Positions 40,511 to 53,466 of a stretch of 64,000 bases of DNA are shown here, piece by piece (position 1 is the stretch's first letter; the number at the start of each line of letters is the position of its first letter). The stretch lies in assembly GCF_006345805.1 (NCBI RefSeq), contig NC_043000.1, positions 28,148,001 to 28,212,000 of the forward strand. The letters are read 5' to 3'. Origin of the DNA: Octopus sinensis (lineage: Eukaryota). Under the pieces are notes generated by a model, which saw only the letters and a program-made list of their open reading frames with translations, ran no database searches and was not told the origin of the DNA. A program made the translations under genes and the position numbers.

Positions 40511-40555
40511 TATATATTGATCAAAATAAAATAAAAACATGATGCGAAGGATTCA

Positions 40556-40633
40556 GCGGTACATATGTTTCGGGCCTTTATTAGACAGATTTATAACAAT
40601 GCATAATGTATGTCTGTGGCCTTCTTCAGCCGC
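40556..40633 (-). ncRNA. Type-I hammerhead motif (left arm)
   Basis: gcgg-CUGAAGA-a-ggcc...ggcc-c-GAAA-CAUAUG-UA-ccgc. Confidence 0.75.
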
Positions 40634-40910
40634 GCACAACAGCTTCCACAAGGACATGTGTTACATCAAAAATTCTTGGTTGGGGATGCAAATCCTCTCA
40701 TTCACGTACGACATAATGCGGCAGCGGCATAGAGTTGAAGCGTCCATCTCTTTCTTCTCTCAATGTAGAATCCTTTCTACATTGAGAGAAGAAAGAGATG
40801 GACGCTTCAACTCTATGCTGCTGCCGCATTATGTCGTACGTGAATGAGAGGATTTGCATCCCCAACCAAGAATTTTTGATGTAACACATGTCCTTGTGGA
40901 AGCTGTGTGC

Positions 40911-40987
40911 GCGGCTGAAGAAGGCCACAGACATACATTATGCATTGTTATAAATCTGTCTAATAAAGCCCGAAACATATGTACCGC
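40911..40987 (+). ncRNA. Type-I hammerhead motif (right arm)
   Basis: gcgg-CUGAAGA-aggcc-acaga..ucugu..gccc-GAAA-CAUAUG-UA-ccgc; GUA site; palindromic stem III. Confidence 0.75.
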
Positions 40988-41097
40988 TGAATCCTTCGCA
41001 TCATGTTTTTATTTTATTTTGATCAATTACTCCACCACCTACACCACCAAACGGTATACACAGGTGCTTATAATTATCAAGTACTCACCCCGAAATT

Positions 41098-41138
<41 letters not shown>

Positions 41139-42139
41139 ATATATATATATTATAAAAGGCAGATTTTATCTGCCTCCCTTTGTCTCTATAGAGAATCTAC
41201 ATATAGAATTTCTCAATTACAATTTACCTAGCATTTTTAAGAGTAGAATATATCGGGGCGTGCCAGGTACAGTTTTTCAAATTTCACCCCTAATTAAGCA
41301 AAATTTCGAGAAAACTCACATTGTGGTGTGTAAGTGAAGTGCTTTTCTTAGTGTGGGCTACAGCACACACACACACACACCACACCACCCACACACACAC
41401 AAACAACGGAGCGAAATGCTTCACTCATGCTATCACCCTAATTTCTCTCCTTTCTCTTTGCAAGTGTGCAACGATTAAAGTGAAAGTATTTATATAAAAC
41501 GAGAGAAGTGTACCTTAAACCACTACTCAAAAAAAAACAACACAGCAAACAGAAACAAATAAATACATAACGATTTACTCCTCACACAATTTCTTCAATT
41601 AGAGTTTACCTATGATTTTTCAAAGTACTTCCATTCGGCCATGGCATACAAAATTTTTTTCAATTTCACCCCCATTTCAGAAAAAATTCCAGAAAACTAA
41701 ATATTTTACCATTTCACTCTTTCACTCTGCATATTACTCCCACTTCCTCTTTACACACATAGACACGCAAATATATAAATAAAATTGTAAGCTAACGTGT
41801 GTGTGTGTGTGCGTGTGTGTGAGTGCGTGTGTGTGTGTGTGAGGGTGCGTGTGTGTCTGTGTGTGTGTGCGTGTGTGTGAGTGTGTGACAGGGATGAGCC
41901 AGTCAGACTGGTCATCCTTTTTGCTAGATCACCTATGGTCTTATATGCTACACCACTGGTTTTCAGTTCATATTAATCAAATTAATATTCACAACAAGAA
42001 GGACTATTCATTATAATACATCAGTTCCACACATTTACCCTGGTTCCATTTCGAACAACTGCACAAACATTTGCCATTTCACACATGTATGTAAACAAAT
42101 TCCTTTCTTAAAATTTTCAATTCATTTTCTTTTTCAATT

Positions 42140-42822
42140 CATACAAAGTTTTTTAGGACGAATATAAGATCTAAAGTATATCCAAGTAGCAGAAAGATCG
42201 CCAAAAGTGTATATAGATATTTAAATGTATTTATATATTCATCTATACACAGATGTATGTATAATGTGTGTGTATATATTTCCATAGAGGTAACCTTTCA
42301 CTCCATACAAAGTTATTTAGGACGAATAAAGATCTAAAGTATATCCAAGTAGCAGAAAGATCGCCCAAAATTGTATATAGATATTTAAATGTATTTATAT
42401 ATTCATCTATACACAGATGTATGTATAATGTGTGTGTATATATTTCCATAGACGTAACCATTCACTCCGCACAAGTTTTTTAGGACGAAAATAAGATCTA
42501 AAGTTATCTCTAAGTAGCACAAGATCGCCCAAAAGTGTATATAGATATATAAATGTATTTATATATTCATCTATGCAAACATGTATGTATAACGTGTGTG
42601 TATACATTTCCATAGAGGTAACCATTCACTCCATACAAAGTTTTTTAGGACGAAAATAAGATCTAAAGTTATCTCTAAGAAACAGAAAGATCGCCCAAAA
42701 GTGTATATAGATATTTAAATGTATTTATATATTCATTTATACACACATGTATGTATATTGTGCGTGTATATATTTCCATAGAGGTAACCATTCAATCCAT
42801 ACAAAGTTTTTTAGGACGAAAA
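42140..42822. repeat. ~164-bp minisatellite, ~4 copies
   Basis: taggacga anchors at 42154, 42318, 42481, 42646, 42812. Confidence 0.9.
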
Positions 42823-42825
42823 TAT

Positions 42826-43665
42826 TTATATATAAAAGAAAGGTTGTGTGTCTGTCTACTCCGATTTAGATTCCTAACTACTCCCACATTTTCCGATGCA
42901 GTTTAACCAAAACCGGGTATCTTATAGTCGTGATTCATGTCGAGCCCTTCTGGGTATTAGCGCGCGTCTACGATGAGTCTACGATTTTACAAATAATTTA
43001 CCATCATTTTTTCCCATTTTAATGCATATTTCTTTAAATAAAGGGAAGTAACTCTTAAACTTCACACCAATATGCGTGCTCATATGCGACGTAATATCAC
43101 ATCAGCAGCATTTCCTCACACCCTCCTTGCACTTGGCGAAGGCAAAATACCAGGGGATGAAAATGGTAATATTGCCATCGATTCCATTTGTACCATTGTT
43201 AAGACGCCTTCTGATCTCAGAGATGCAGTGCTCCCAGATCTACAAGCTAATTATCAGAATATGGATTGGATAGGCAAAAAGGCTATACTGGCCCCGAGGA
43301 ATAAAACTGTTCACCATATTAATGATGAAATGCTAAAACTCATTCCTGGGGAAGTCTATGTATATCAGTCTATCGATACAACTCCTGACCCAGAGGACGT
43401 CATCAACTATCCAATAGAGGTACTCAATTCCTTTGAGCAGCCCGGACTACCACCACACTTTCTCAAACTTAAAGTTGGCCCCTATAATGCTCATCAGAAA
43501 TTGGTTCCCCCAAAACAATGCAATGCACACGTTTGATCGTTAAGTCCTTATCTCCCACCGTAAACTTATATCAATATTTGCCTGAATAATCATCATAATT
43601 CAGTGCAATCATTAACAGTACTTTCAAGCAATTCAGCCCCGAGCAACGCCGGGCAATTCTGCTAG
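42826..43665 (+). mobile_element. Internally deleted Helitron retaining a PIF1-family helicase fragment
   Basis: KLHTNMRA..AILAPRNKTVHHIND..YPIEVLNSFEQPGLPPHFLKLKVG (ORF 43072-43536, frameshift near its end); 3' cccgagcaacgccggg hairpin + CTAG|T. Confidence 0.9.
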
Positions 43666-43679
43666 TATATATATATATA

Positions 43680-44640
43680 CTAGCAGCATAGCCCGGCGTT
43701 GCCCGGGTATGTAAGAGCCCCCTTGTGGGCAATGACTGGCGGCTGCAGCAGCGATTAGCAGAAGTATACCAAGGTTATGTTGTCTGGTAATGTTTTGTCT
43801 CGTTGACTGCTTGAAGTGGCGGTGTTGGGGGTAAAGTCTCGAATGTAATTTCTTCCTGGTAAGAATTGGTTCACCAAAACGTAGGTTAGTCTGGAGGTTT
43901 CAATGTAATTTTTGGTTTGTATGTGGGATACCTTGAAGATTAAGTCTAGATTTCCTCCTGTGGGTTGAATTATCGATAGCTGTTTGATAGTTATTTGGGG
44001 GAGTAAGAGAATTAAAGAAGGTCGAGATGCGTCCCCTAGACAGTCTGTGGTTTGTGTTTAATACACAAATCGGTTTGCTATGTGTGCCACATATGATATA
44101 ATTAACCGATTTTTTCCAGTAATAAAGTATCCTATTTGAATAAAAAGGGCCATATAGCTTCTTGGAGCAGACATGATGCTCGCTGTGAATTTAAAAAAAA
44201 ATTCCTGCCAATTTGTTAAAAATATTGTCGAAAATAAGTAATCTTGAATTTGAACGCGATTTCCCAAAATGGCATTATTTTATCGATTTTTTCTGATGGC
44301 AGGGTATTGCATGGAAAACTAACGTCAGAATTAAGTTTCTTAGAGTAACATTAAACTTCACCATGAGTTTCGTGAAAATCGATTGCAAGTTGCTAAAACT
44401 ACAACAGAAAATGTGCTGCATATGAAAAGCTTAGATTCTCGACCCCATGTCGAATTTACCGACTTTTTTCAGAACTGGGGGAACTTTTCAAAATTTTCGC
44501 TGCGTTAGTTTTCAATTATGACGTTGGGCTATGTGTTGTGTCAAGTTCATCAGAATCGGTTGAAAGCCGTGGTCAGGGTGAGGGTACAACCTGACAGACA
44601 CATAGACAGACACAGAGAAACCTGCCTTTTATATAGAGAG
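43680..44640 (-). mobile_element. Non-autonomous Helitron, tail-to-tail with the previous one
   Basis: Minus 5' TCTCTATATAAAAGGCAG; 3' cccgggcaacgccgggctatgctgCTAG|T. Confidence 0.85.
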
Positions 44641-44644
44641 AGGT

Positions 44645-44957
44645 TATATATAGTATATATATATTAGTAAATAAATATATATATATTAGAAATAGTATAT
44701 ATATATATATTATATATAGTATATATAATATATATATATAATATATATCCTTTATATATATTAGATATATATATATTATTATATATATATAATATTATAT
44801 TTTATAATATATTATATATAGTAATATAATATATATATTACATATAATATTATATATATATATTATATATATATATATAATATATATATATATTATATAT
44901 ATATATTATATATATATTATATATATATATATTATGCCACACCACAGATATATATAG

Positions 44958-44989
<32 letters not shown>

Positions 44990-45040
44990 ATATATATATA
45001 TATATTATCCTATATATATATATATATTATATAGATTATA
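44645..45040. repeat. Degenerate (TA)n tract
   Basis: Directly visible. Confidence 0.9.
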
Positions 45041-46493
45041 CACACACACACACACATATAGCAACAAACAACGTTGTCTCAAAGCAGCTACAGCGAAACC
45101 GTATCAGTAACCTGGTTGCTGTTGGTGCGACGAAAATGTTGGCATCACGTAATAAATGTTTAAGTGAAGTTAACAGATTTTTGTGACGACCTCACTATTA
45201 GCAATTCAAAAACTCCAGACTTTTAATGACTAATATGTCTTCCATGTTGTAATTGCTTTATAATCCTATTTAATCCCAACTAGTAACTACTGGTCAGATC
45301 AATACCAATCGATGAAACCATCTTTCGTAATTCGTTATCAAACCTATCATCTCTACATTTTCAATCATGTCTCTCACTGGCTCAGTCTATATTGCAATAA
45401 ATAACTGCCATGAATATTTACATCTCACCTCACCTTATAGTCATATCACTTCAAGAATAAATGCTGTTTGTTAACTAACATTACCCGCTTGAAATCCTCC
45501 TGTACGTTTGGAACACACCCAAAATTGGCACCCAGTAACTCTGTTTCGATTTGAAGTATACTAATTAAAGTAAATCAAGCAGAAAACTTCAAATTAATGA
45601 TGTCTGGTGTTTGGCTTTTTCCGCGGCTTATTATCAGTATAAAGAAAATGAATTAGCATTGAACGAGAATGATAATCTGCACAGATACTCGCCCAATGGT
45701 GTAACTAACTCTTGTGGTACTTGGCCTCTTTTACTTTCTAATATAAAAAAAAAACCCAACCTCCTCTTTCTTTGTCTCTCTCTTCATCTTTCTCCCTCTC
45801 TAGCTCTTTCGTTCTCTCTCTCTCTCTCTCTTACACTCTCCCTTCATGTGTTTGACCCTGGTAGCCTTCCACGAGATATAGAGGAAAAACACCTGTTTCT
45901 CGGATGAACAAATAATACAGTTACAATAGAGTAATGTTTATCAAATGCTGAAATCATTGATTAACGATGCATTGCCCTTCAAGTGGGCCAATTCGGAGAA
46001 GACGAACAAAGAAGCAAACCACGTAATTACAATGAAGACTGCGTTCATTGAAGTAAATCTCTGCATATTGATTTAATTTTACTTTACGATCAGGGGAATA
46101 TTTGAAACACGTTTTCATCTGGGGTCTTTCCAGATCAGGCTTCATTTAGAACACACATCAACAACGTTAATTGTTGATTAAATTCAATTGATCCTAAGCT
46201 TAATAATATATCAGAAACCTACTAATATAAGCTGGCAACATTAACGTCTTCTAATAGAGGTAATGTCACCAAACGAATGAAGATTTTCTATTAAATTAAG
46301 CTAACCTATTCTCCAGGATATTTCCTAATTGGTACTATATAGATGCCTCCATCTGAATGTGACCAAATAAGTTAGGTTGTCGACTACAAAATTAGAGATC
46401 GAGCACTAGTTAACTATGCAATTAAGATTGCGAATGGAGGTATTACAGAACCGTTTGAAGGAATTTATTAGTTACAACTTCATATACAACACA

Positions 46494-46755
46494 GATTAAA
46501 TTTAATGGAACTAAAAGTATAGTGAATGACAAAAAAGTTCATTCCTTGGAACTTTCATAGATTTAATTTAATGAAACTAAGAGTATAGTAAGTGAAAAAC
46601 AATTTCATTCCATGAGATATTTCAAAGATTAAATTTAAAGAAAGTAAGACTAGAATGATAAAATTGTATTCCATTCCTTTAGATCTTTCATAGGTTAAAT
46701 TTGATTGAAACAAGAGTGTAGTCGATGATAACAGTAAAAGAAAAATATTCCTTGG
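46494..46755. repeat. Diverged ~66-bp minisatellite x4
   Basis: g.tt.aattt. anchors at 46494, 46560, 46627, 46693. Confidence 0.7.
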
Positions 46756-47860
46756 GTTTTTTTTTATTTATTTTTATAACAGAATTTTGCAACCCAAAGC
46801 CAACCATTACTGAATCGTGAATGGATCGACCATAATAGTAATAGTTAACAAAATCTCCAGCATGGAATGAGTATTGTAGAAAAGTCAAAAGAAGAAGGAA
46901 GGAACGTGTACAGTTGGAAATCCAATGGTGACAAGTCTTCTACTCTGAACTAGGAGTAAACGTAAAAATAACATTTTATTTTCCTCTCACAAAAATAGAA
47001 ATAATTTACTCTAGTTCAGCTAAGTACCCAGCAAATTTGAGGGCAAGGTGCTCGTTTATTTATATCAAACTCAGTATTTGACAGATATGGTATTTTACCG
47101 ACCCCGGATGCATTTGAACTCAGAAAGTAACGAACCGGAACATCTATTATGATGCTTTTTCCGATGATCTAATCTCCTACCATTACAACGTATTTGTGAT
47201 GAATAATGTATTATAAAAATACTCTGTACATAACTTTATCGACGTGTTTTCTTCCTTATCTTTAAAAATAATAAAATTAGTAAGAAGTCTAGAAATATTG
47301 TAGGAGTTGTGAGTACCAAAACAGATGGTTCTCAGCTTCTGATCTCTCGTGTAAATGGAATGGAAATGACTATTCTATGGCTATTCTATAAAGACCACAG
47401 GAGTACATTCAAATATTTATCGAATTAGTAGCCATTTGGTATGTACGCAAGGTAACCAATACGCGAGTGTGACCTTGAGTGGTTTCTCGATCTAGCAGCA
47501 TATGACACTGATATCACATTATACAATCAGCAAGTTCTAAATACACAGTTCTTGAAAAAACGAAAAAAGTCAAAGCAGGCAGGATTAAACTCGGTTGATC
47601 TTGTAACTACTCTTTCACGACTGATTTTGGTCATTTAAACAAAAGCAATAATCGCAGCCACTATAAAAACAACAATCTAAGACTATATGAGAATGTACAT
47701 ACAACTTTGAATTTTAATTGGTAATTCAAAAGTGATGAAATCAAAATACTTCGATTACATTTTGGTTTCGTTTGTAATGAAAATATAATGTTTTCTTAAT
47801 TGCAATCATCTTACAAAGGAATCGCACTGGAATACTTATTTTATCACATCTATTCCATTG

Positions 47861-48254
47861 CTCTTTTACTCTTTTACTTGTTTCAGTCATTTGACTGTGC
47901 TCGAGCCATGCTCGAGCACCGCCTTTAGTCGAGCAAATCGACCCCAGGACTTATTCTTTGTAAGCCTAGTACTTATTCTATCGTCGCTTTTGCAGAACCA
48001 CTAAGTTACGGGGACGTAAACACACCAGCATCGGTTGTCAAGCGATGTTTGGGGGGACAAACACAGACACACAAACATATATATATATACGACGGGCTTC
48101 TTTTAGTTTCGGTCTACCAAATCCACTCTCAAGGCTTTGGTCGACCCGAGGCTATAGTAGAGGACACTTGCCGAAGGTGCCACGCAGTGGAACTGTACTC
48201 GGAACCATGTGGTTGGTAATCAAGCTACTTACCATACAGCCACTCCTACGCCTA
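47861..48254 (-). mobile_element. SINE family A, full length
   Basis: Complete motif order. Confidence 0.9.
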
Positions 48255-48440
48255 TGTCCAGGTTTTGCTAGGTTTAGCGTTGATGGTTGCTGGATCGTTA
48301 GGGTACTCTCCGATTAAATTAAAACTGTACAGTTGAAATCCTACCCGAGAGTATATAACAATAAAGTATTTACTGCAAAACCGCTAGCAGCACAATAGAA
48401 CACGAGATGACAGTCAAATATCTAATGTTGACTAATACGT

Positions 48441-49041
48441 ATATCTTTACTACCCACAAGGAGCTAAACACAGAGTGGACAAACAAGGAGAGACAAACGG
48501 ATTAAGTCGATTATATCGACCCCAGTACGTAAATGGTACTTTAATTTATCGACCCCGAAAAGTTGAAAGGCAAAGTCGACTTCGGCGGAATTTGAACTCA
48601 GAATGTAAGGCAGACGAAATACCTATTTCTTTATTACCCACAAGGGGCTAAACACAGTGGGTACAAACAAGGACAGACATAGGTATTAAGTCGATTACAT
48701 CGACCCCAGTGCGTAACTGGTACTTAATTTATCGACCCCGAAAGGATGAAAGGCAAAGTCGACCTCGGCGGAATTTGAACTCAGAACGTAGCGGCAGACG
48801 AAATACCGCTAAGCATTTCGCCCGGCGTGCTAACGTTTCTGCCAGCTCGTCGACTTTCGAAAGGATGAAAGGCAAAGTCGACCTCGACGGAATTTGAACT
48901 CGGAACGTAACGGCAGACGAAATACCGCTAAGCATTTAGCCGGGCGTGCTAACGTTTCTGCCAGCTCGTCGCCTTTCGAAAGGATGAAAGGCAAAGTCGA
49001 CCTCCGCGGAATTTGAACTCAGAACGTAACAGCAGACGAAA
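48441..49041 (-). mobile_element. Family B dimer plus tandem ~120-bp head-containing repeats
   Basis: cgaaaggatgaaaggcaaagtcgacctc...gccagctcgtcg repeated at ~120-bp period. Confidence 0.85.
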
Positions 49042-49701
49042 ATGTTGCCTAATATGATGCGGCGTTGGGCTGTAAGTGGAACATTCACTTGATATCAGAA
49101 AGACTAGAAAGGCAGGTAGATAGATTCAGACACACACACACAAACACGCACACACAGACACACACACACACACACACACACAATACAATACAATCTCATT
49201 ACGTCAAACATAAAGGAACAAGTCTACTCTGCATGGTGCCTTTATGGCAAAATTTTTGAAATAAAGTCTCTGTCTGTCATAGAAATTTTCTCATGTATAT
49301 ATCTACATTCTTTTCAATGTTGCTAAATGTATAATATACACGTGCTAAAAAACCGTTTCAGTGAATCCAATTTTACTCACAGAGAACGACGCACCTTAAG
49401 ATATTTGCCCATAGTGCCACCCGATGGAATTGAACCTGTTGTATAAAGATTGCAAAGCGAATTTCTTAACGATTGTCTAATGAATGACTACATCCATACG
49501 TACGAACATATACACGCAATATACACTCGCAACGCCAAACACTCACTGTCATATTTTTTCAGAGACGTATCAATATCCATGTATGAATATGGTTTTATAC
49601 ATGTTACATATGTATATGTGTATGCGTCTATATGCGTGTGCATGTCTGTGTGTGTGTCTATGCATGTATCTGTGTATACGCCAGTGTTCCTCTGTTTTTA
49701 T

Positions 49702-49743
<42 letters not shown>

Positions 49744-50494
49744 TAATATATATAATGCCATATGCCCAAAGTACATAGACACTTATCGTTATGTATATAG
49801 TAACAGCCTGCAGTGCAAATAAAACACGCCTTCCAGTCTGGTTACCCCCTGGTTACATGGATACACAGTTAATAACCACGCCTTCAGCTATATTCCGTCG
49901 CTTACAAAAAAATATAAGAAAAAAAACACCCAAAATCCTATAACTGCTGTGTTGAACCAACATATGGCTTCTCACGTATTCACAGAAAGACATAACATTA
50001 CACTCTTGATAAATAATAATTACATTCTCCCAGGAATATTTTACATTTCGGGAAAGAATACAATACGAGTTTACTCTGACGCTGACGGGACATATATGCT
50101 AATATGGTGCGCGTACATTATCATTTCCAGTTGGAATATAATCCTTTTCTCTCTCTATAAGTGTGGGCATGTGCTTTCTTTTATGTCAGTATGCATATCG
50201 TTCTCTAGCCGTTATATAAACATATATTGAATACGATTATGTAAGAGTTATATATACATATATATTTATATATTCTTATATTCTTTTACTCGTTTCAGTC
50301 ATTTGACTGCGCCCATGCTGGAGCATCGCCGTTAGGTGGATCAAATAGACCCTAAGACATTCTTTGTGATCCTAGTACTTATTCTTTCGGTCTCTTTTGC
50401 AGAGCTGGGATGTAAACACACCAGCATCGGTTGTCAAGCGATGTTGGTGGGAGGAACAAACACACACACACACATATATATATACATATATATG

Positions 50495-50533
<39 letters not shown>

Positions 50534-50537
50534 GTCG

Positions 50538-50569
<32 letters not shown>

Positions 50570-50706
50570 CGTGTGTGTGTATGTGTGTGTGTATGTATAT
50601 ATATACGACGGGTTTCTTTCAGTTTCTGTCTACCAAATCCACTCATAAGTCTTTGGTCGTCCCAAGGCTATAGTAAAAGACATCTGCCGAAGGCTCCACG
50701 CAGTGG

Positions 50707-51171
<465 letters not shown>

Positions 51172-51210
51172 ATATATATATATACATATATATATGTATA
51201 TATATATGTA

Positions 51211-51242
<32 letters not shown>

Positions 51243-51670
51243 TATATTATATATATATTATATATATATATAGTATAATATACATAAGATTATACAATTA
51301 TACAGACACTCGTATGTTTGTTATTTCAGATATGATATTCATAAACAGATTCACAAGTATCTTATATGGACGCACATATGTTTATGTATATATATACATA
51401 CAAACACACATATATAACACTCATACATAATTATATTTCGTATCTAGATGTGTTTATTGATACGTATGAGAGGGAGAGTGTCTACATCTTGGGATTTAGG
51501 GTTAATGGCTACTACAGACTGATTCGATTACTGTCGGTGCTTCGAAAATTCTGATAAATGCAAGTTGAAATGCGCAGGCTGAGCCTTTACTCTATAATTC
51601 TTATTCATCCATAGTTACACACACACACACACACGTGTATGTGTGTATACATATATACATTTTTTGTTTA

Positions 51671-51940
51671 CGACCAGGCTATCAGATGTTGCTACACATC
51701 GCTGGTCACAATGCTCTTCGCATTGTTTTAGCCTTCAACTGACGCCACCACGCTGGCTAAGCGAGCAGGCCAACAGAAGAAAGAGTCAGAGAAAGTTGTG
51801 ACGAAAGAGTAAAGCAGGGATCGCCACTGCGCCCTGCCGGAGATCGTGAAGCTTTAGATGTTTTTTGCTCAATAGACATTCACAACGCTCGATCCGGGTA
51901 TCGAAACCGCGATCCTAAACACTAGGCCATTGCACCTCCA
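51671..51940 (-). mobile_element. SINE family D, tail type 1
   Basis: Head ggaggtgcaatggcctagtg..ggtttcgatacc; shared body ctttctctgactctttcttc. Confidence 0.8.
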
Positions 51941-52021
51941 TATATACATATACATATATATATACTGTAATTATTTACAGTAGATATATATATACATACT
52001 GTAAATAATTATTTATTTGAT

Positions 52022-52621
52022 TGGCAGAAGGGCTGAAAAATTGGGAGTGGGGGATAGTCGGTTGCATCGACTCCAGTAGACATTGTGGTACTTATGTTAT
52101 CAACCCCGAAAAGATGAAAGACAAAGTCGATCTCGTCGGAATTTGAATCTAGCATGTAAAGACAGATGAAATAACGCTAAGCATTTTCCCGTCCGGCGTG
52201 CCTAACGATTCTTATTTTTCTACTGCCCACAAAGGGCTACACACAGAGGGGACAAACAAGGACAAACAAACGGATTAAGCCGATTATATCGATCAGAGTG
52301 CGTAACTGGTACTTATTTAATCGAATCAGAAAGGATGAAAGGTAAAGTCGACCTCGGCGGAATTTGAACGTAACGGCAGACGAAATACCTATTTCTTTAC
52401 TACCCACAAGGGGTTAAACACAGAAGGGACAAACAAGGACAGACAAACGGATTAAGTCGATTATATTGACCCCAGTGCGTAACTGGTACTTATTTAATCG
52501 ACCCCGAAAGGATGAAAGGCAAAGTCGACCTCGGCGAAATTTGAACTCAGAAAGTAGCGGCAGACGAAATACCGCTAAGCATTTCGTCCGGCGTGCTAAC
52601 GTTTCTGCCAGCTCGCCGCCT
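52022..52621 (-). mobile_element. Family B dimer plus an older copy
   Basis: Family B units. Confidence 0.85.
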
Positions 52622-52801
52622 ATATTCTGTAAATAATAAGAAATATAAGCTTATAAGCGCTCACCGTGCATTGGTTTAGAAAATTGTCTGACATTGGGGA
52701 TTATAAGCCCTCGACATACCCCTAAATATTAGATTATTTTCTTTAGCCAAGGCACGGTTATCGCTTATAAATTTAAAGCTTAGGATTATGATTGTCATTA
52801 T

Positions 52802-53099
52802 TATGCCCACGGGCATATGGCGTAGTGGTTAAGAGCGCTGGCTACTAACCCCAGGATTCCGAGTTCGATTCGAGGCAGTGACGAGAATAATAATAATAAG
52901 AAGAAGAAGAAGAACAACAACAACAACAATATCAATACCTTGGAATGAGAATCCAGGTTCACAATTTCCCCAAGACACCTGATGAAGGCTAGAGGGTGTA
53001 TCAGCCGAAATATTGTGTTAACAACAAACAAGATGAGGACAAATATCCGTCAAATGTAAATAACGTACATAATTCTTCATCTGTTAAATATAGAACTGT
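52802..53099 (+). mobile_element. SINE family C: tRNA head, (AAT/AAG/AAC)n, HHR-containing tail
   Basis: A box tggcgtagtgg, anticodon-like loop ct-act-aa, B box gagttcgattc; no poly(A); (TTA)n flanks. Confidence 0.8.
52974..53019 (+). ncRNA. Minimal type-I hammerhead motif
   Basis: gacac-CUGAUGA-a-ggcu..agcc-GAAA-UA-UU-guguu. Confidence 0.7.
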
Positions 53100-53163
53100 A
53101 TTATCATTATTATTATTTACAGAATTACCACTCGTCACCGTTCCTTCATTTAACACAGAATAA

Positions 53164-53221
<58 letters not shown>

Positions 53222-53226
<5 letters not shown>

Positions 53227-53349
53227 TTATAGAAGGAGCTTCTACAGGACTAGAACTGTTTCATTCAGATGAAATCTTCAGGAAGCTCACTGAAGATTTC
53301 ATCTGAATGAAACAGTTCTAGTCCTGTAGAAGCTCCTTCTATAAAATAA
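53222..53349. repeat. Perfect 60-bp inverted repeat (8-nt loop) next to (TA)n
   Basis: 53222-53281 is the exact reverse complement of 53290-53349. Confidence 0.95.
53236..53288 (-). ncRNA. Type-I hammerhead motif
   Basis: GAGCUUC-CUGAAGA-u-uuca-uc-ugaa-u-GAAA-CAG-uucuaguc-CUG-UA-GAAGCUC (7-bp stem I, GUA site). Confidence 0.75.
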
Positions 53350-53466
53350 ATTACTTTACTTTGCTATGAATTGAGTACCTTATTTACTGTGGTTAACCCC
53401 GACTCAACCCGGGACCTACATATATATATATATATAAATATATGTGTGTATATAAAGATATATGTG

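Larger units (their letters stand above)
40516..41099. mobile_element. Fold-back HHR element in (TA)n: ~254-bp inverted arms with a 4-nt loop
   Basis: Arm 40516-40770 is the near-perfect reverse complement of 40775-41027; right arm extends ~70 bp further to (TA)n. Confidence 0.9.

Noticed and set aside
43072-43536. Host PIF1 gene
   Set aside because: Partial, frameshifted and enclosed by Helitron termini
46494-46755. 22-codon repeat protein (LRR-like)
   Set aside because: In-frame stops and a 66/67-bp period shift in the plus frame examined; no LRR pattern
52811-52882. Functional tRNA gene (also heads at ~1105-1174 and ~54462-54531)
   Set aside because: No proper acceptor stem or oligo-T terminator; each continues into a repeated SINE body
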